Source: Auanema rhodensis | Taxonomy: Eukaryota; Animalia; Nematoda | Assembly (NCBI GenBank): GCA_964057225.1 | Contig: OZ059898.1 | Coordinates: forward strand, 11,408,001-11,472,000 | DNA: 64,000 nucleotides | Reading direction: 5' to 3' | Shown: in pieces, positions 11,753 through 22,600 of the stretch | Position numbering within the stretch: the first letter of the stretch is position 1 | Layout of the letters: the number at the start of each line of letters is the position of its first letter | The notes under the pieces: model-generated | Database searches by the model: none | Told to the model about the DNA's origin: nothing | What the model saw: only the letters and a program-made list of their open reading frames with translations | Program-made: the position numbers and the translations under genes

Positions 11753-14700
11753 ATGAGCAATAATAGACAGAGAAATAACAGTACCTTTAGGGGAAATAAC
11801 AACAATAGAGGCAGAGGTAGAGGCTCAAGAGTCAATAATTTGACTCTGATATCTCCTTTGACTTTAGCCGTAGCTTTATCAGTAATCTTATCACTGGTTA
11901 CAACAGCTGAAGCATACCAGCTATGTACTAAAGCTACTGGAGGAGCCCTTCTCCGTCCCCCATCTCTCCGAAAATGCTTATTACCACCAATAAAGCATAT
12001 CTTACGAACAAAAGTTCATCTTTATACAAGGAATCAAACGGCACATGAATGGGATGCATGGAGATGCTCCAAAGAAATTCATAAAATGTGTATCAGAGAC
12101 CTTTTGTTCCTTAGAGATACCAATACAACGATAGCGAGAATTGAAAAGATACCAGCTGCAGAATGCAGACTGGCAGTGAGAGATAGAAGATGGAATTGGA
12201 GTGAATTAAAGAAGATCGACAGCATAACATATGCAACTGACGAGCCTTCCTTCTCGCCAGGCCGATCTTTTAATAATGAACTATGTGAAGAGAAAGCCAG
12301 ATTGGTTATCGAAAGAGGGGTTATGACACGGATGCCAGATGAAACTATAATCTCCAATTTAATACTAAATACTGAAGGATGCTTAGCGCATCATGGAGAA
12401 TGTGCATCAGATACCTCAATCATCATATGGGAGAAACAGCCTTATGAATATCGATGCATCTATATCGACATGAGTGAATATGATGCGATAATTGGAAACG
12501 GCATTATTCTGTTACCAACCACTCAATCAGCCCTTGTAATCGATCAAAAAGAGATACCGAAGCAAATATCTTCTTGTTTTAAACAGCCAATCTTCCACAC
12601 CACAACTGGCAATTACATTCTCTTACCACAGTACCCAAATGACACCAATATCCATGTTTTAATAGAGAGAGAATATAAGAAACTTCCGGCGAAAAGAGAT
12701 AAAAGAGCAATTGCGGAATGCACGGTTGAATTAAACAAGGAGTGGATACAAAAACAGGAAGATTTTGAAACTTTAATATTAAATATTTGTCCTTATCCTT
12801 TCTTACGACCGGTGATGAGTAATCCTGGTATTTATCAGATAATACCGCTTATAAAGGCCAGACGAGCTGTCAACCCTTCATATTCAATTATTGATTGGGT
12901 TTCAGCACATCCCGAGAAGTTTTATTTCTTCTTAAGAAGTCCCGTATCTGATAAATCCATACAACGTTTCCTTCAAACATACGAAATACACGACCCTGAG
13001 GAAGCAATACTTTATTTTCTTGCGCAAAAGGAACTGGCAGCAACCACTCGCGGCGCTATACGGTATTTAACCTCAAAACAATTATTAGAACAGATAGGTG
13101 ACAGATTAACAGCACACGAATTTGACGAAAAACTACTAGAAAAGGACGGATCCTACCGCGAAAGAGCCGAAAGCATAGCGATGGAGCTAGCTTATACACC
13201 GGTAATATTTGAAAACAATCTGTCGGTACCATCAAGGCAAGAGGTTTTAAAATCCTTTGTGAACATGCCGCCTATCCGACCAACTTTAACAACTGACAAT
13301 GCTGATGAGCGTATAGTACTTAGAAATACACTTTACTTATACCATAACTTGATGACATTGCGAGTAATAAGGCCAAATAAAACAGCAGCAGCCGTAGATG
13401 ATGAAAAGTTCCGACAATTAACAATCAATGTGCCAGATACCAACAAACTATATCGAGATAAAGATTCGAACTACGGTATATCGATAGGCCCCCACCCTCG
13501 CATTCAAACTCCAAGCGCGGATACACGCCAGCTACTTATAAAAACATTTTTACCACTGTTAGAGGATATTGAAACACCGCCTTATCTGACTAGAAGACTG
13601 TCATTAACGACAACAACGGACAAACCCGCTTCACTAGTTCAGGAGACAACTATAAGCTATACGACTCGGATTCCGACGACAACCATAGTTGACACGACAA
13701 CAGCCGTGATAACTACGACTCTCTCGCCAACAACATTAGCAACAGTCACTGACACGGCGTCACGAACCTTAAGGAAACAAAGAACATCATCTCCACCCGT
13801 AGAAACCAGAGAAATTCAGGCTCAGGCAACGTATACAGCGTCAAAAGTGAACAACGAAATACAATTCAACCTCAACGTATCTCGCAGAATAGCTCAAGAT
13901 CATCTACAATATACAACAACACTCATACAAGAAGAGCTACAGAAACATTTTATGGAATCTTATGAATCCATATGTGAGATTCAAAATAGATACCTCGAGC
14001 TATGGCGTTCTATTTCACACATAGAACCCACAATAGCAATGAGGACTATTTTAGGAAGAGAGGATATTGCAGCCCGTTTCGTAGGCAGCGATATAGTTCA
14101 TGTTCATATATGCTTACCTCTTCAACCTAAAGCTGTTTATCATAATCATAAGATCAATGATACATGCTATTTGGAAACACCAGTAATAACAGAAGATGAG
14201 AGATTATATTTTGCTGCTCCAGGATCAAGAGACTTATTAACACATGGAAAAGAGATAGATTGCGAACATGTACCAACAGATGTGTACTATCAAAATGGAG
14301 AATGGATAAATATAAATGGATCGGTTGAAGTAAAACCAATATCACTCTTTGATAAAGCGCAATACCACCAATTAACACCTTTAAAGTTCACAGGCGCTAA
14401 CTTATACACCAATTTATCATTGAGAGTTTACTCAATGTCAACAGCTATTGCATATGGAGCAAGTTTAGCATCCATACGACAGAACCATGTTTTACATACT
14501 ATTCACAACGATCCAAAGATTACGTCAGCCTTTAATCTTTTGAAAAAGGGCAGTGACTATATCTCTAAAGCAGCTGAGTTCACAACTTCCGCCTGGACTA
14601 GCGTAAAACATTTTCTAATAGGTTCAATTGAGAGAACACTCATCTTTATAGGATCAATAGTCACGATTGCCGCAGTATTAATAATTCTTTTCGTTGTTGT

Positions 14701-15676
14701 TAAATTTTGGTTCTTCAGAGCCACTCCACTAACCGTAATGCATGTCCGTGAAATAGATAATGAGCCCCCAGGCTATGAAGAAACATTGGAACTTGTAAGC
14801 CGCCCAGACCAACAGATGCCAGATAACATCATGAAGCAATACTATCCTGCGTTAGTAACATTTATTCCAATCGCAATACCATTTGTTGCTTCTATTGCAT
14901 CAGCGGAAACAAAGTTACCATTAATATATATATCAGTTGAAGATAAACTGATTTTAGCTTTATGGGATTCAGGCTCATCAGTGTCATATGTTAGGCTCTC
15001 CACCCTCAAATATCTGAACATGGCCGAAAATGTCAAGAAGAGACATTTAGTAGCGATGGCAGCCAACAAGTCCACTTTCACATTTTATGGAAAGATAAAT
15101 CTTGTAATTGAAATTGCCGGCTACGAGATCGAACACACCTTTTTGGTCTCAAACGATCATGACTGTCCTGCTCCCGCTTTAATTGGACTAGATTTCATGA
15201 AAGCGCTTGACAGCGAAAACATCGACGTCAGCCTTAAACCATCCAAGAAGAGGTTGGAGATTGGAAACAATGCCATCCCATTAATAGGAAACGAATCTAT
15301 TAAGCATACGGAGATAACTGTGAATATCATTAATTTAAGAACAAAAACATTAAAGCCTGATGAAGAGGCACCTATCCCAATAAAGACAGATAAACCACTA
15401 GAATCTAACGAAGTGGTTGTCTTAGGGGATAGTGGAAGCGCATTAAAATCATTATATCCAACTGCGTTTCGTGATACCAGTGGAGTATATGTTATGTTCC
15501 GTAACGATACCGATGAAACAATAGCTATGGAAGCTAATTCAGTCATCGGACAGGCAATAATTGGAGAAATTCCGGCTTGTGAACCCTTTAAACATAAGCC
15601 AATTCTACCATATGTTCCGCCAGAAGCCGATTGGGAGAGTAAACTACCATATTTTCCAAGAGACTTCATATCTTGA
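11753..15676 (+). CDS. env: Envelope glycoprotein (class III, gB/chuvirus-like) fused in frame to an aspartic protease; same frame as gag, separated by one TAA
   Basis: Signal peptide ending TAEA|YQLC (11915). Cys-rich ectodomain with N-glycosylation sequons, furin-like RDKR (12695-12706) and RKQR, and a Thr-rich mucin stretch. gB-like block ICEIQN..LW..I..IEP...LGR.DIAARF.G.D...V..C...CY...PV. TM at about 14636-14715, PPGY tail, then protease ALWDSGS (14966) and LIGLDF. Confidence 0.88.
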   Translation: MSNNRQRNNSTFRGNNNNRGRGRGSRVNNLTLISPLTLAVALSVILSLVTTAEAYQLCTKATGGALLRPPSLRKCLLPPIKHILRTKVHLYTRNQTAHEWDAWRCSKEIHKMCIRDLLFLRDTNTTIARIEKIPAAECRLAVRDRRWNWSELKKIDSITYATDEPSFSPGRSFNNELCEEKARLVIERGVMTRMPDETIISNLILNTEGCLAHHGECASDTSIIIWEKQPYEYRCIYIDMSEYDAIIGNGIILLPTTQSALVIDQKEIPKQISSCFKQPIFHTTTGNYILLPQYPNDTNIHVLIEREYKKLPAKRDKRAIAECTVELNKEWIQKQEDFETLILNICPYPFLRPVMSNPGIYQIIPLIKARRAVNPSYSIIDWVSAHPEKFYFFLRSPVSDKSIQRFLQTYEIHDPEEAILYFLAQKELAATTRGAIRYLTSKQLLEQIGDRLTAHEFDEKLLEKDGSYRERAESIAMELAYTPVIFENNLSVPSRQEVLKSFVNMPPIRPTLTTDNADERIVLRNTLYLYHNLMTLRVIRPNKTAAAVDDEKFRQLTINVPDTNKLYRDKDSNYGISIGPHPRIQTPSADTRQLLIKTFLPLLEDIETPPYLTRRLSLTTTTDKPASLVQETTISYTTRIPTTTIVDTTTAVITTTLSPTTLATVTDTASRTLRKQRTSSPPVETREIQAQATYTASKVNNEIQFNLNVSRRIAQDHLQYTTTLIQEELQKHFMESYESICEIQNRYLELWRSISHIEPTIAMRTILGREDIAARFVGSDIVHVHICLPLQPKAVYHNHKINDTCYLETPVITEDERLYFAAPGSRDLLTHGKEIDCEHVPTDVYYQNGEWININGSVEVKPISLFDKAQYHQLTPLKFTGANLYTNLSLRVYSMSTAIAYGASLASIRQNHVLHTIHNDPKITSAFNLLKKGSDYISKAAEFTTSAWTSVKHFLIGSIERTLIFIGSIVTIAAVLIILFVVVKFWFFRATPLTVMHVREIDNEPPGYEETLELVSRPDQQMPDNIMKQYYPALVTFIPIAIPFVASIASAETKLPLIYISVEDKLILALWDSGSSVSYVRLSTLKYLNMAENVKKRHLVAMAANKSTFTFYGKINLVIEIAGYEIEHTFLVSNDHDCPAPALIGLDFMKALDSENIDVSLKPSKKRLEIGNNAIPLIGNESIKHTEITVNIINLRTKTLKPDEEAPIPIKTDKPLESNEVVVLGDSGSALKSLYPTAFRDTSGVYVMFRNDTDETIAMEANSVIGQAIIGEIPACEPFKHKPILPYVPPEADWESKLPYFPRDFIS

Positions 15677-18584
15677 TCTAGAGAATGCTGATCTCACGAA
15701 AGAAGAAAAACATGAGCTTACAAAAATAATTGAAAGCCACCGTGAGGCATTTCTTAACGAGGACAGGAAAATAGGCTTATTTAAAGGTCCTATAGAGCAT
15801 ACCATACCATTGAGAACAGATATGGATATGCCAAAGCCGAGAATAACACGTATTCCCTTAGGAAAACAGGAAGAAATTGAAAAACAAGTCAAAGAAATGC
15901 TTGAGCAAGGCATAATAGAGCCTTCTACATCTCTATTTAATAGCCCTGTAGTACTAGTTAAGAAGAAAGATGACACGTATAGGTTTGTGACAGATTTTCG
16001 AGCTTTAAATAATGTCACACGCAAGCAAACTTATGTCATTCCAAGCATTTCTGACATAGTTGATTTGGCAGCAGGCGCCCAATTTTTCTCAAACTTCGAT
16101 TTAGTGTCAGGATTTTTTCAAATATCCTTGAGAAAATCAGATCGACCACTAACAGCATTTACGACCACATCCGGCACATACCAGTACAAACGGATGCCGA
16201 TGGGCCTTTGTGGAGCCCCTCATACCTTTCAAACAGCAGTAAGGTATTTGCAAAGTAAATGTTCTTGTAAACTATTTGTTTATTTGGACGATCTATTAGT
16301 TATATCTGATACAAGAGAACAACATCTCAAAGATATCGATGATTTACTGCAAGCAGTAGAAGAATTGGGAATGAAGATAAAGCTTAAGAAATGCGCTTTT
16401 GCTCAACCAGAAGTGAAATTTCTAGGACTTATTGTAGGACGTCAAGGTATAAAACCTGACCCTCAAAAAGTCGCCGCCATACAAGATTATCCGGCACCAA
16501 AGAATGCAACAGGTGTACGAGCATTCTTGGGAATGGTTGGATTCTTTCGCAAATTCATGAAAGATTTTGCACGTATCGCAAGCCCTTTATACGATCTGAC
16601 AAAGGCAGATACTGAATTCAAATGGGAAAACAAACATAAAGAAGCTTTAGACCTCCTTAAAAGAAGTTTAATACAGGCACCCGTTTTAAGCCCACCCAAA
16701 TCGGACCGCTTGTTTATAGTTGAAAGCGACGGTAGTAACATCGCCATAGGTGCTGTATTATTACAACCGGAAGATCCAAAACAACCTCTGAAAAATCTAC
16801 ACCCTATCGCATTTGCAAGCAGAAAACTAGTTAAAGCCGAACGTAACTACGCACCAATCGAGATAGAAGCATTAGGCCTTGTATATGCATTAAATCAATT
16901 CCGTACATACATTCTTGGAACTCATACTATATGTATTACGGACCATCGACCCCTTACCAGCTTAATGACACGCAGAGACTTATTTGGTCGTCTTGCGAAG
17001 TTCCAGCTGGTCATCCAAGAATATGATATTGAAATAAAATATCGCGCAGGCCAATTAAATAAAGTATGCGATGCTCTATCTCGATATATAGGTGAAGAAG
17101 CTAACGATGCTAAGCCGGAAACAAAGAAGAAGAAAATAGAAGAAATTCACATTAACGCCATAAATACACCAACAATAAAGGAAATTCAACTAAACACCCC
17201 TTGGATTAAACGGACGATAGCGGAGATTGAATATAGAGCACAAAAGAACATGACAGCTAATGACAGATATTGTGTCATAAATGACTTGCTCTATACAAAA
17301 CCAACAGACAAAAAGCCACAACCCGCTATCGTAATACCACAAGAACACCCCATAATTGAGGAAATAATCAAAGTTTTTCATGAGGATCCTACAATTGCAG
17401 CACATCAAGGAATTATTAAAACAAAAGAAGCAATTCTAAGAAGATTCTATTGGACAAATATGCAGAACGACATTACTAAATTCATCAAGAACTGCATTAA
17501 ATGTGCTCAAAGAAAAAAAGATCCACATTCCATGACGGTACAACCAATAGGTCATTTTGAGATACCAAGCAAGCCATTTGAACGAGTCCACATGGACGTA
17601 ATGGGACCATTTCCCCCTTCAAAAAGAAACTGTACCTACGTCATTACCATGCAAGACGCATTTACAAAATGGTCAACAACAATTGCTGTACCACAAATAA
17701 CAACGGAAATCACAATTGACCGATTTTTAAGACATTTCGTTTACATTTTTGGACCACCACATCGCTTGATCACCGATAGAGGTTCGAACTTTGTATCCAA
17801 AAAGTTCGAAGAAATGTGTACTAAACTTGGAATCAAACATGAACCAACACTACCACACCAAAAGAACTCAAATGGACAAGTGGAAAGACTTCACAGAACC
17901 CTCGAAGAAGGATTAACCCACTACTTAAAAGAGGACCTTAGTGACTGGGATACTGTATTACCAAAAATCACTTTTGCTATAAACAATATTCAGCACGCGA
18001 CTACAGGGATTGCGCCATACATTGCATTATTTGGTAAAGAATGCAGAATGTCAATGGACGCTGAATTACCAGAAACGATCACCAAAATTCAAGAAATTTC
18101 TGAAGAATTACTCCAAAGAAGACCAGATATGGACAAGAGAGACGAAATAATAAAGAACCGCATAGCTAAAAATCAAGAAAATGCGAAAAAGAAGAAGGAT
18201 AGAACGCAAAGAGCACACCATAGAGACATTCGACCGGGCGACATGGTGATGACGACCATAAAATCACACCAAATCGGCCAAAAGCTTCGGAAAAGCTATG
18301 ATGGACCATACGAAGTCATCAACGTAGAAGGATCAAAAGTTCAAATCAGAAATTCATCAGGAAAACTACAAGATATCCACAAAGATAACTTGAAAATCTT
18401 CTCTCCTGCTTCACAAAACATCTCTTACAACACTCGCGCAAGGTTTCGAGAAAGTCAAGCAGAAGAAGATAGCGACATCGAAATAATAGAAGTGATCAAC
18501 AGGAACAACAAGGATAGCATAGATACAGAGCCAGAAGATGAAAATGAAGACGAAATATGGCTTCCGAGGAATGAAGAAGAATAA
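15561..18584 (+). CDS. pol: Pol: reverse transcriptase, RNase H and integrase; +1 frame relative to env-PR, true join near 15650-15665
   Basis: RT motifs SPVVLVKK, DFRALN, DLVSGFFQI, MPMGL and YLDD (16281). RH motifs ESDGS..AIGAVL, EIEAL and TDHRPL. IN HHCC (H..HQG..C..C), D-D(35)E (HMDV, ITDRG, VERLHRT) and GPY motif. No chromodomain; acidic tail. Confidence 0.97.
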   Translation: MEKFRLVNPLNISQFYHMFRQKPIGRVNYHIFQETSYLDLENADLTKEEKHELTKIIESHREAFLNEDRKIGLFKGPIEHTIPLRTDMDMPKPRITRIPLGKQEEIEKQVKEMLEQGIIEPSTSLFNSPVVLVKKKDDTYRFVTDFRALNNVTRKQTYVIPSISDIVDLAAGAQFFSNFDLVSGFFQISLRKSDRPLTAFTTTSGTYQYKRMPMGLCGAPHTFQTAVRYLQSKCSCKLFVYLDDLLVISDTREQHLKDIDDLLQAVEELGMKIKLKKCAFAQPEVKFLGLIVGRQGIKPDPQKVAAIQDYPAPKNATGVRAFLGMVGFFRKFMKDFARIASPLYDLTKADTEFKWENKHKEALDLLKRSLIQAPVLSPPKSDRLFIVESDGSNIAIGAVLLQPEDPKQPLKNLHPIAFASRKLVKAERNYAPIEIEALGLVYALNQFRTYILGTHTICITDHRPLTSLMTRRDLFGRLAKFQLVIQEYDIEIKYRAGQLNKVCDALSRYIGEEANDAKPETKKKKIEEIHINAINTPTIKEIQLNTPWIKRTIAEIEYRAQKNMTANDRYCVINDLLYTKPTDKKPQPAIVIPQEHPIIEEIIKVFHEDPTIAAHQGIIKTKEAILRRFYWTNMQNDITKFIKNCIKCAQRKKDPHSMTVQPIGHFEIPSKPFERVHMDVMGPFPPSKRNCTYVITMQDAFTKWSTTIAVPQITTEITIDRFLRHFVYIFGPPHRLITDRGSNFVSKKFEEMCTKLGIKHEPTLPHQKNSNGQVERLHRTLEEGLTHYLKEDLSDWDTVLPKITFAINNIQHATTGIAPYIALFGKECRMSMDAELPETITKIQEISEELLQRRPDMDKRDEIIKNRIAKNQENAKKKKDRTQRAHHRDIRPGDMVMTTIKSHQIGQKLRKSYDGPYEVINVEGSKVQIRNSSGKLQDIHKDNLKIFSPASQNISYNTRARFRESQAEEDSDIEIIEVINRNNKDSIDTEPEDENEDEIWLPRNEEE

Positions 18585-19283
18585 CAACAAGATAATGCTA
18601 CGTTATTTAAATTATTGTAACAAAATAACGATGAATTAGAAAAAAAAAAATTAATGTTAAATAACATTCAAAATAAAAATAGCATTTAATAGAGATTGAG
18701 AAAGGAAAAATAAGGCAAATTCTAAACGAGGAGATGTTATGACTAATGGTTCCAAGTTACCGTAATCCTATGCGGACTAGAGGACATTTTGACAACCATC
18801 CGAGCTCCATGTGCCTCTCCAAATAAGATGAGATAAACACTGGTAGGCGTATCAACCACAATTTCATCTTAAGTGGTAGTCTCCATTAGTAATCAAGGAT
18901 TCACTCTGGGAGACATATGGAGACACATTATTAAATCATAATCTCGGTTCAATTTAGAAATGAGTACTTCTTGAGACCATTAGTCAAAATAATAACATAT
19001 TCCCATTCATTACTAGCCCCTTATTCTACAATCTCTATTAGGAAATGCTTGAATATTAAGATAATTAATTTATGAAATTAATAATATTCTAATTCATCGT
19101 CACTTCATATTATATCGAACCCTTCTTATAAATTATTGTAATTTTGTTTTTATACTAATTAAAACTCTATCATACTATAGTTATTGTGAAGCTAAAACAA
19201 TTGAACTCTAAAACTCAGTTACATATAAGCCCAAATTTTTGTTTAAAATATCGCGAGGTCGCGACAATCTTTGAAAAAGGGCA

Positions 19284-19649
19284 CGTTCCATTCGGAGACT
19301 CTATATATGTAACTGCAGGGTTAGAGCCAGACCGACTAGAGGAATGTGGAATGGCACCGCCTTCCCTCATGCCCCTATTCGGGAGTTCGCCCCTTTGCAA
19401 GCCCATGGACGGTTTGCATCTAACTTAGTTAATCTTATATATTAGTCTTTGTCTTGTAAGTATAGTTTACTTTATCCTTGTGTTATTGTATTGTAATGAT
19501 ATTGTATTGAGTGTAATAAACCTATATATTTCCTTATCTTATGTAATCCTTATGCTCTGTTTCCATACCGCTACACTTATGGAATACTATACGCGTAGTT
19601 GAGCAGACTACAATGGTCTGTTCAATATACGTAGGAGCATAATGGAACG
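19284..19649 (+). repeat. 3' LTR of element 1
   Basis: 366-bp direct repeat of 7569-7934, preceded by the PPT and a TCGCG-AGGT-CGCGA hairpin. Confidence 0.97.
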
Positions 19650-19653
19650 ATAC

Positions 19654-22600
19654 TTCACAGTTAAAGTGATAGACGCAATGATCTCGTACTTATTGGAATT
19701 AGATCAAAAAGCATCAAAAAAATGATTTCTCATGCAAAATATTCGCAGTCAGCAGGATTCGAACCTACGCGGGCAGAGCCCAATTGATTTCTAGTCAATC
19801 TCCTTAACCACTCGGACATGACTGCTTGTAAAAGGAATATACTTCACAGTTAAAGTGATAGACGCAATGATCTCGTACTTATTGGAATAAGATCAAAAAG
19901 CATCAAAAAAGTGATTTCTCATGCAAAATATTCGCAGTCAGCAGGATTCGAACCTACGCGGGCATAGCCCAATTGATTTCTAGTCAATCTCCTTAACCAC
20001 TCGGACATGACTGCTTGTAGAAGGAATATACTTTACAGTTAAAGTGATAGACGCAATGATTTCGTACATATTTGAATTAGATCAAATGGGATCATAAAAT
20101 TGATTTCTCATGCAAAATATTCGCAGTCAGCAGGATTCGAACCTACGCGGGCATAGCCCAATTGATTTCTAGTCAATCTCCTTAACCACTCGGACATGAC
20201 TGCTTGTAGAAGGAATATACTTTACAGTTAAAGTGATAGACGCAATGATTTCGTACATATTTGAATTAGATCAAATGGGATCATAAAATTGAATTCTCAT
20301 GCAAAATATTCGCAGTCGGCAGGATTCGAACCTACGCGGGCAGAGCCCAATTGATTTCTAGTCAATCTCCTTAACCACTCGGACATGACTGCTTGTATAA
20401 GGAATATACTTTACACTTAAAGTGATAGACGCAATGATTTCGTACTTTTTGGAATAAGATCAAATGGGATCATAAAATTGATTTCTCATGCAAAATATTC
20501 GCAGTCAGCAGGATTCGAACCTACGCGGGCAGAGCCCAATTGATTTCTAGTCAATCTCCTTAACCACTCGGACATGACTGCTTGTAGAAGGAATATACTT
20601 CACAGTTCAAGTGATAGACGCAATGAATTCGTACATATAGGAATTAGATCAAAAAGCATCAAAAAATTGATTTCTCATGCAAAATATTCGCAGTCAGCAG
20701 GATTCGAACCTACGCGGGCAGAGCCCAATTGATTTCTAGTCAATCTCCTTAACCACTCGGACATGACTGCTTGTAAAAGGAATATACTTTACAGTTAATG
20801 TGATAGACGCAATGATCTCGTACTTTTTGGAATAAGATCAAAAGGGATCATAAAATTGATTTCTCATGCAAAATATTCGCAGTCAGCAGGATTCGAACCT
20901 ACGCGGGCAGAGCCCAATTGATTTCTAGTCAATCTCCTTAACCACTCGGACATGACTGCTTGTAAAAGGAATATACTTTACAGTTAATGTGATAGACGCA
21001 ATGATCTCGTACTTTTTGGAATAAGATCAAAAGGGATCATAAAATTGATTTCTCATGCAAAATATTCGCAGTCAGCAGGATTCGAACCTACGCGGGCAGA
21101 GCCCAATTGATTTCTAGTCAATCTCCTTAACCACTCGGACATGACTGCTTGTAAAAGGAATATACTTTACACTTAAAGTGATAGACGCAATGATTTCGTA
21201 CATATAGGAATTAGATCAGAAAGCATCAAAAAATTGATTTCTCATGCAAAATATTCGCAGTCAGCAGGATTCGAACCTACGCGGGCAGAGCCCAATTGAT
21301 TTCTAGTCAATCTCCTTAACCACTCGGACATGACTGCTTGTAAAAGTAATATACTTTACAGTTCAAGTGATAGACGCAATGATCTCGTACTTTTTGGAAT
21401 AAGATCAAATGGGATCAAAAAATTGATTTCTCATGCAAAATATTCGCAGTCAGCAGGATTCGAACCTACGCGGGCAGAGCCCAATTGATTTCTAGTCAAT
21501 CTCCTTAACCACTCGGACATGACTGCTTGTATAAGGAATATACTTTACAGTTAAAGTGATAGACGCAATGATCTCGTACTTTTTGGAATAAGATCAAAAG
21601 GGATCATAAAATTGATTTCTCATGCAAAATATTCGCAGTCAGCAGGATTCGAACCTACGCGGGCAGAGCCCAATTGATTTCTAGTCAATCTCCTTAACCA
21701 CTCGGACATGACTGCTTGTAAAAGTAATATACTTTACAGTTCAAGTGATAGACGCAATGATCTCGTACTTTTTGGAATAAGATCAAATGGGATCAAAAAA
21801 TTGATTTCTCATGCAAAATATTCGCAGTCAGCAGGATTCGAACCTACGCGGGCAGAGCCCAATTGATTTCTAGTCAATCTCCTTAACCACTCGGACATGA
21901 CTGCTTGTATAAGGAATATACTTTACACTTAAAGTGATAGACGCAATGATTTCGTACTTTTTGGAATAAGATCAAATGGGATCATAAAATTGATTTCTCA
22001 TGCAAAATATTCGCAGTCAGCAGGATTCGAACCTACGCGGGCAGAGCCCAATTGATTTCTAGTCAATCTCCTTAACCACTCGGACATGACTGCTTGTATA
22101 AGGAATATACTTTACAGTTAAAGTGATAGACGCAATGATCTCGTACTTTTTGGAATAAGATCAAATGGGATCATAAAATTGATTTCTCATGCAAAATATT
22201 CGCAGTCAGCAGGATTCGAACCTACGCGGGCAGAGCCCAATTGATTTCTAGTCAATCTCCTTAACCACTCGGACATGACTGCTTGTAAAAGGAATATACT
22301 TTACACTTGAAGTGATAGACGCAATGAATTCGTACATATAGGAATTAGATCAAAAAGCATCAAAAAATTGATTTCTCATGCAAAATATTCGCAGTCAGCT
22401 GGATTCGAACCTACGCGGGCAGAGCCCAATTGATTTCTAGTCAATCTCCTTAACCACTCGGACATGACTGCTTGTATAAGGAATATACTTTACAGTTAAA
22501 GTGATAGACGCAATGATCTCGTACTTTTTGTAATAAGATCAAATGGGATCATAAAATTGATTTCTCATGCAAAATATTCGCAGTCAGCAGGATTCGAACC

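Larger units (their letters stand above)
7569..19649 (+). mobile_element. Full-length envelope-bearing Ty3/Gypsy-like LTR retroelement (element 1, 12,081 bp)
   Basis: 366-bp LTRs at 7569-7934 and 19284-19649. 4-bp TSD ATAC at 7565-7568 and 19650-19653. PBS directly after the 5' LTR and PPT GAAAAAGGGCA before the 3' LTR. PR-RT-RH-IN order. Confidence 0.97.

Noticed and set aside
15340-15570. dUTPase between protease and RT
   Set aside because: Only a beta-rich linker with faint resemblance; the catalytic dUTPase motifs are absent.
10183-18667. Short ORFs overlapping gag/env/pol in other frames or strands
   Set aside because: Shadow ORFs of the long coding frames, with no independent signals.
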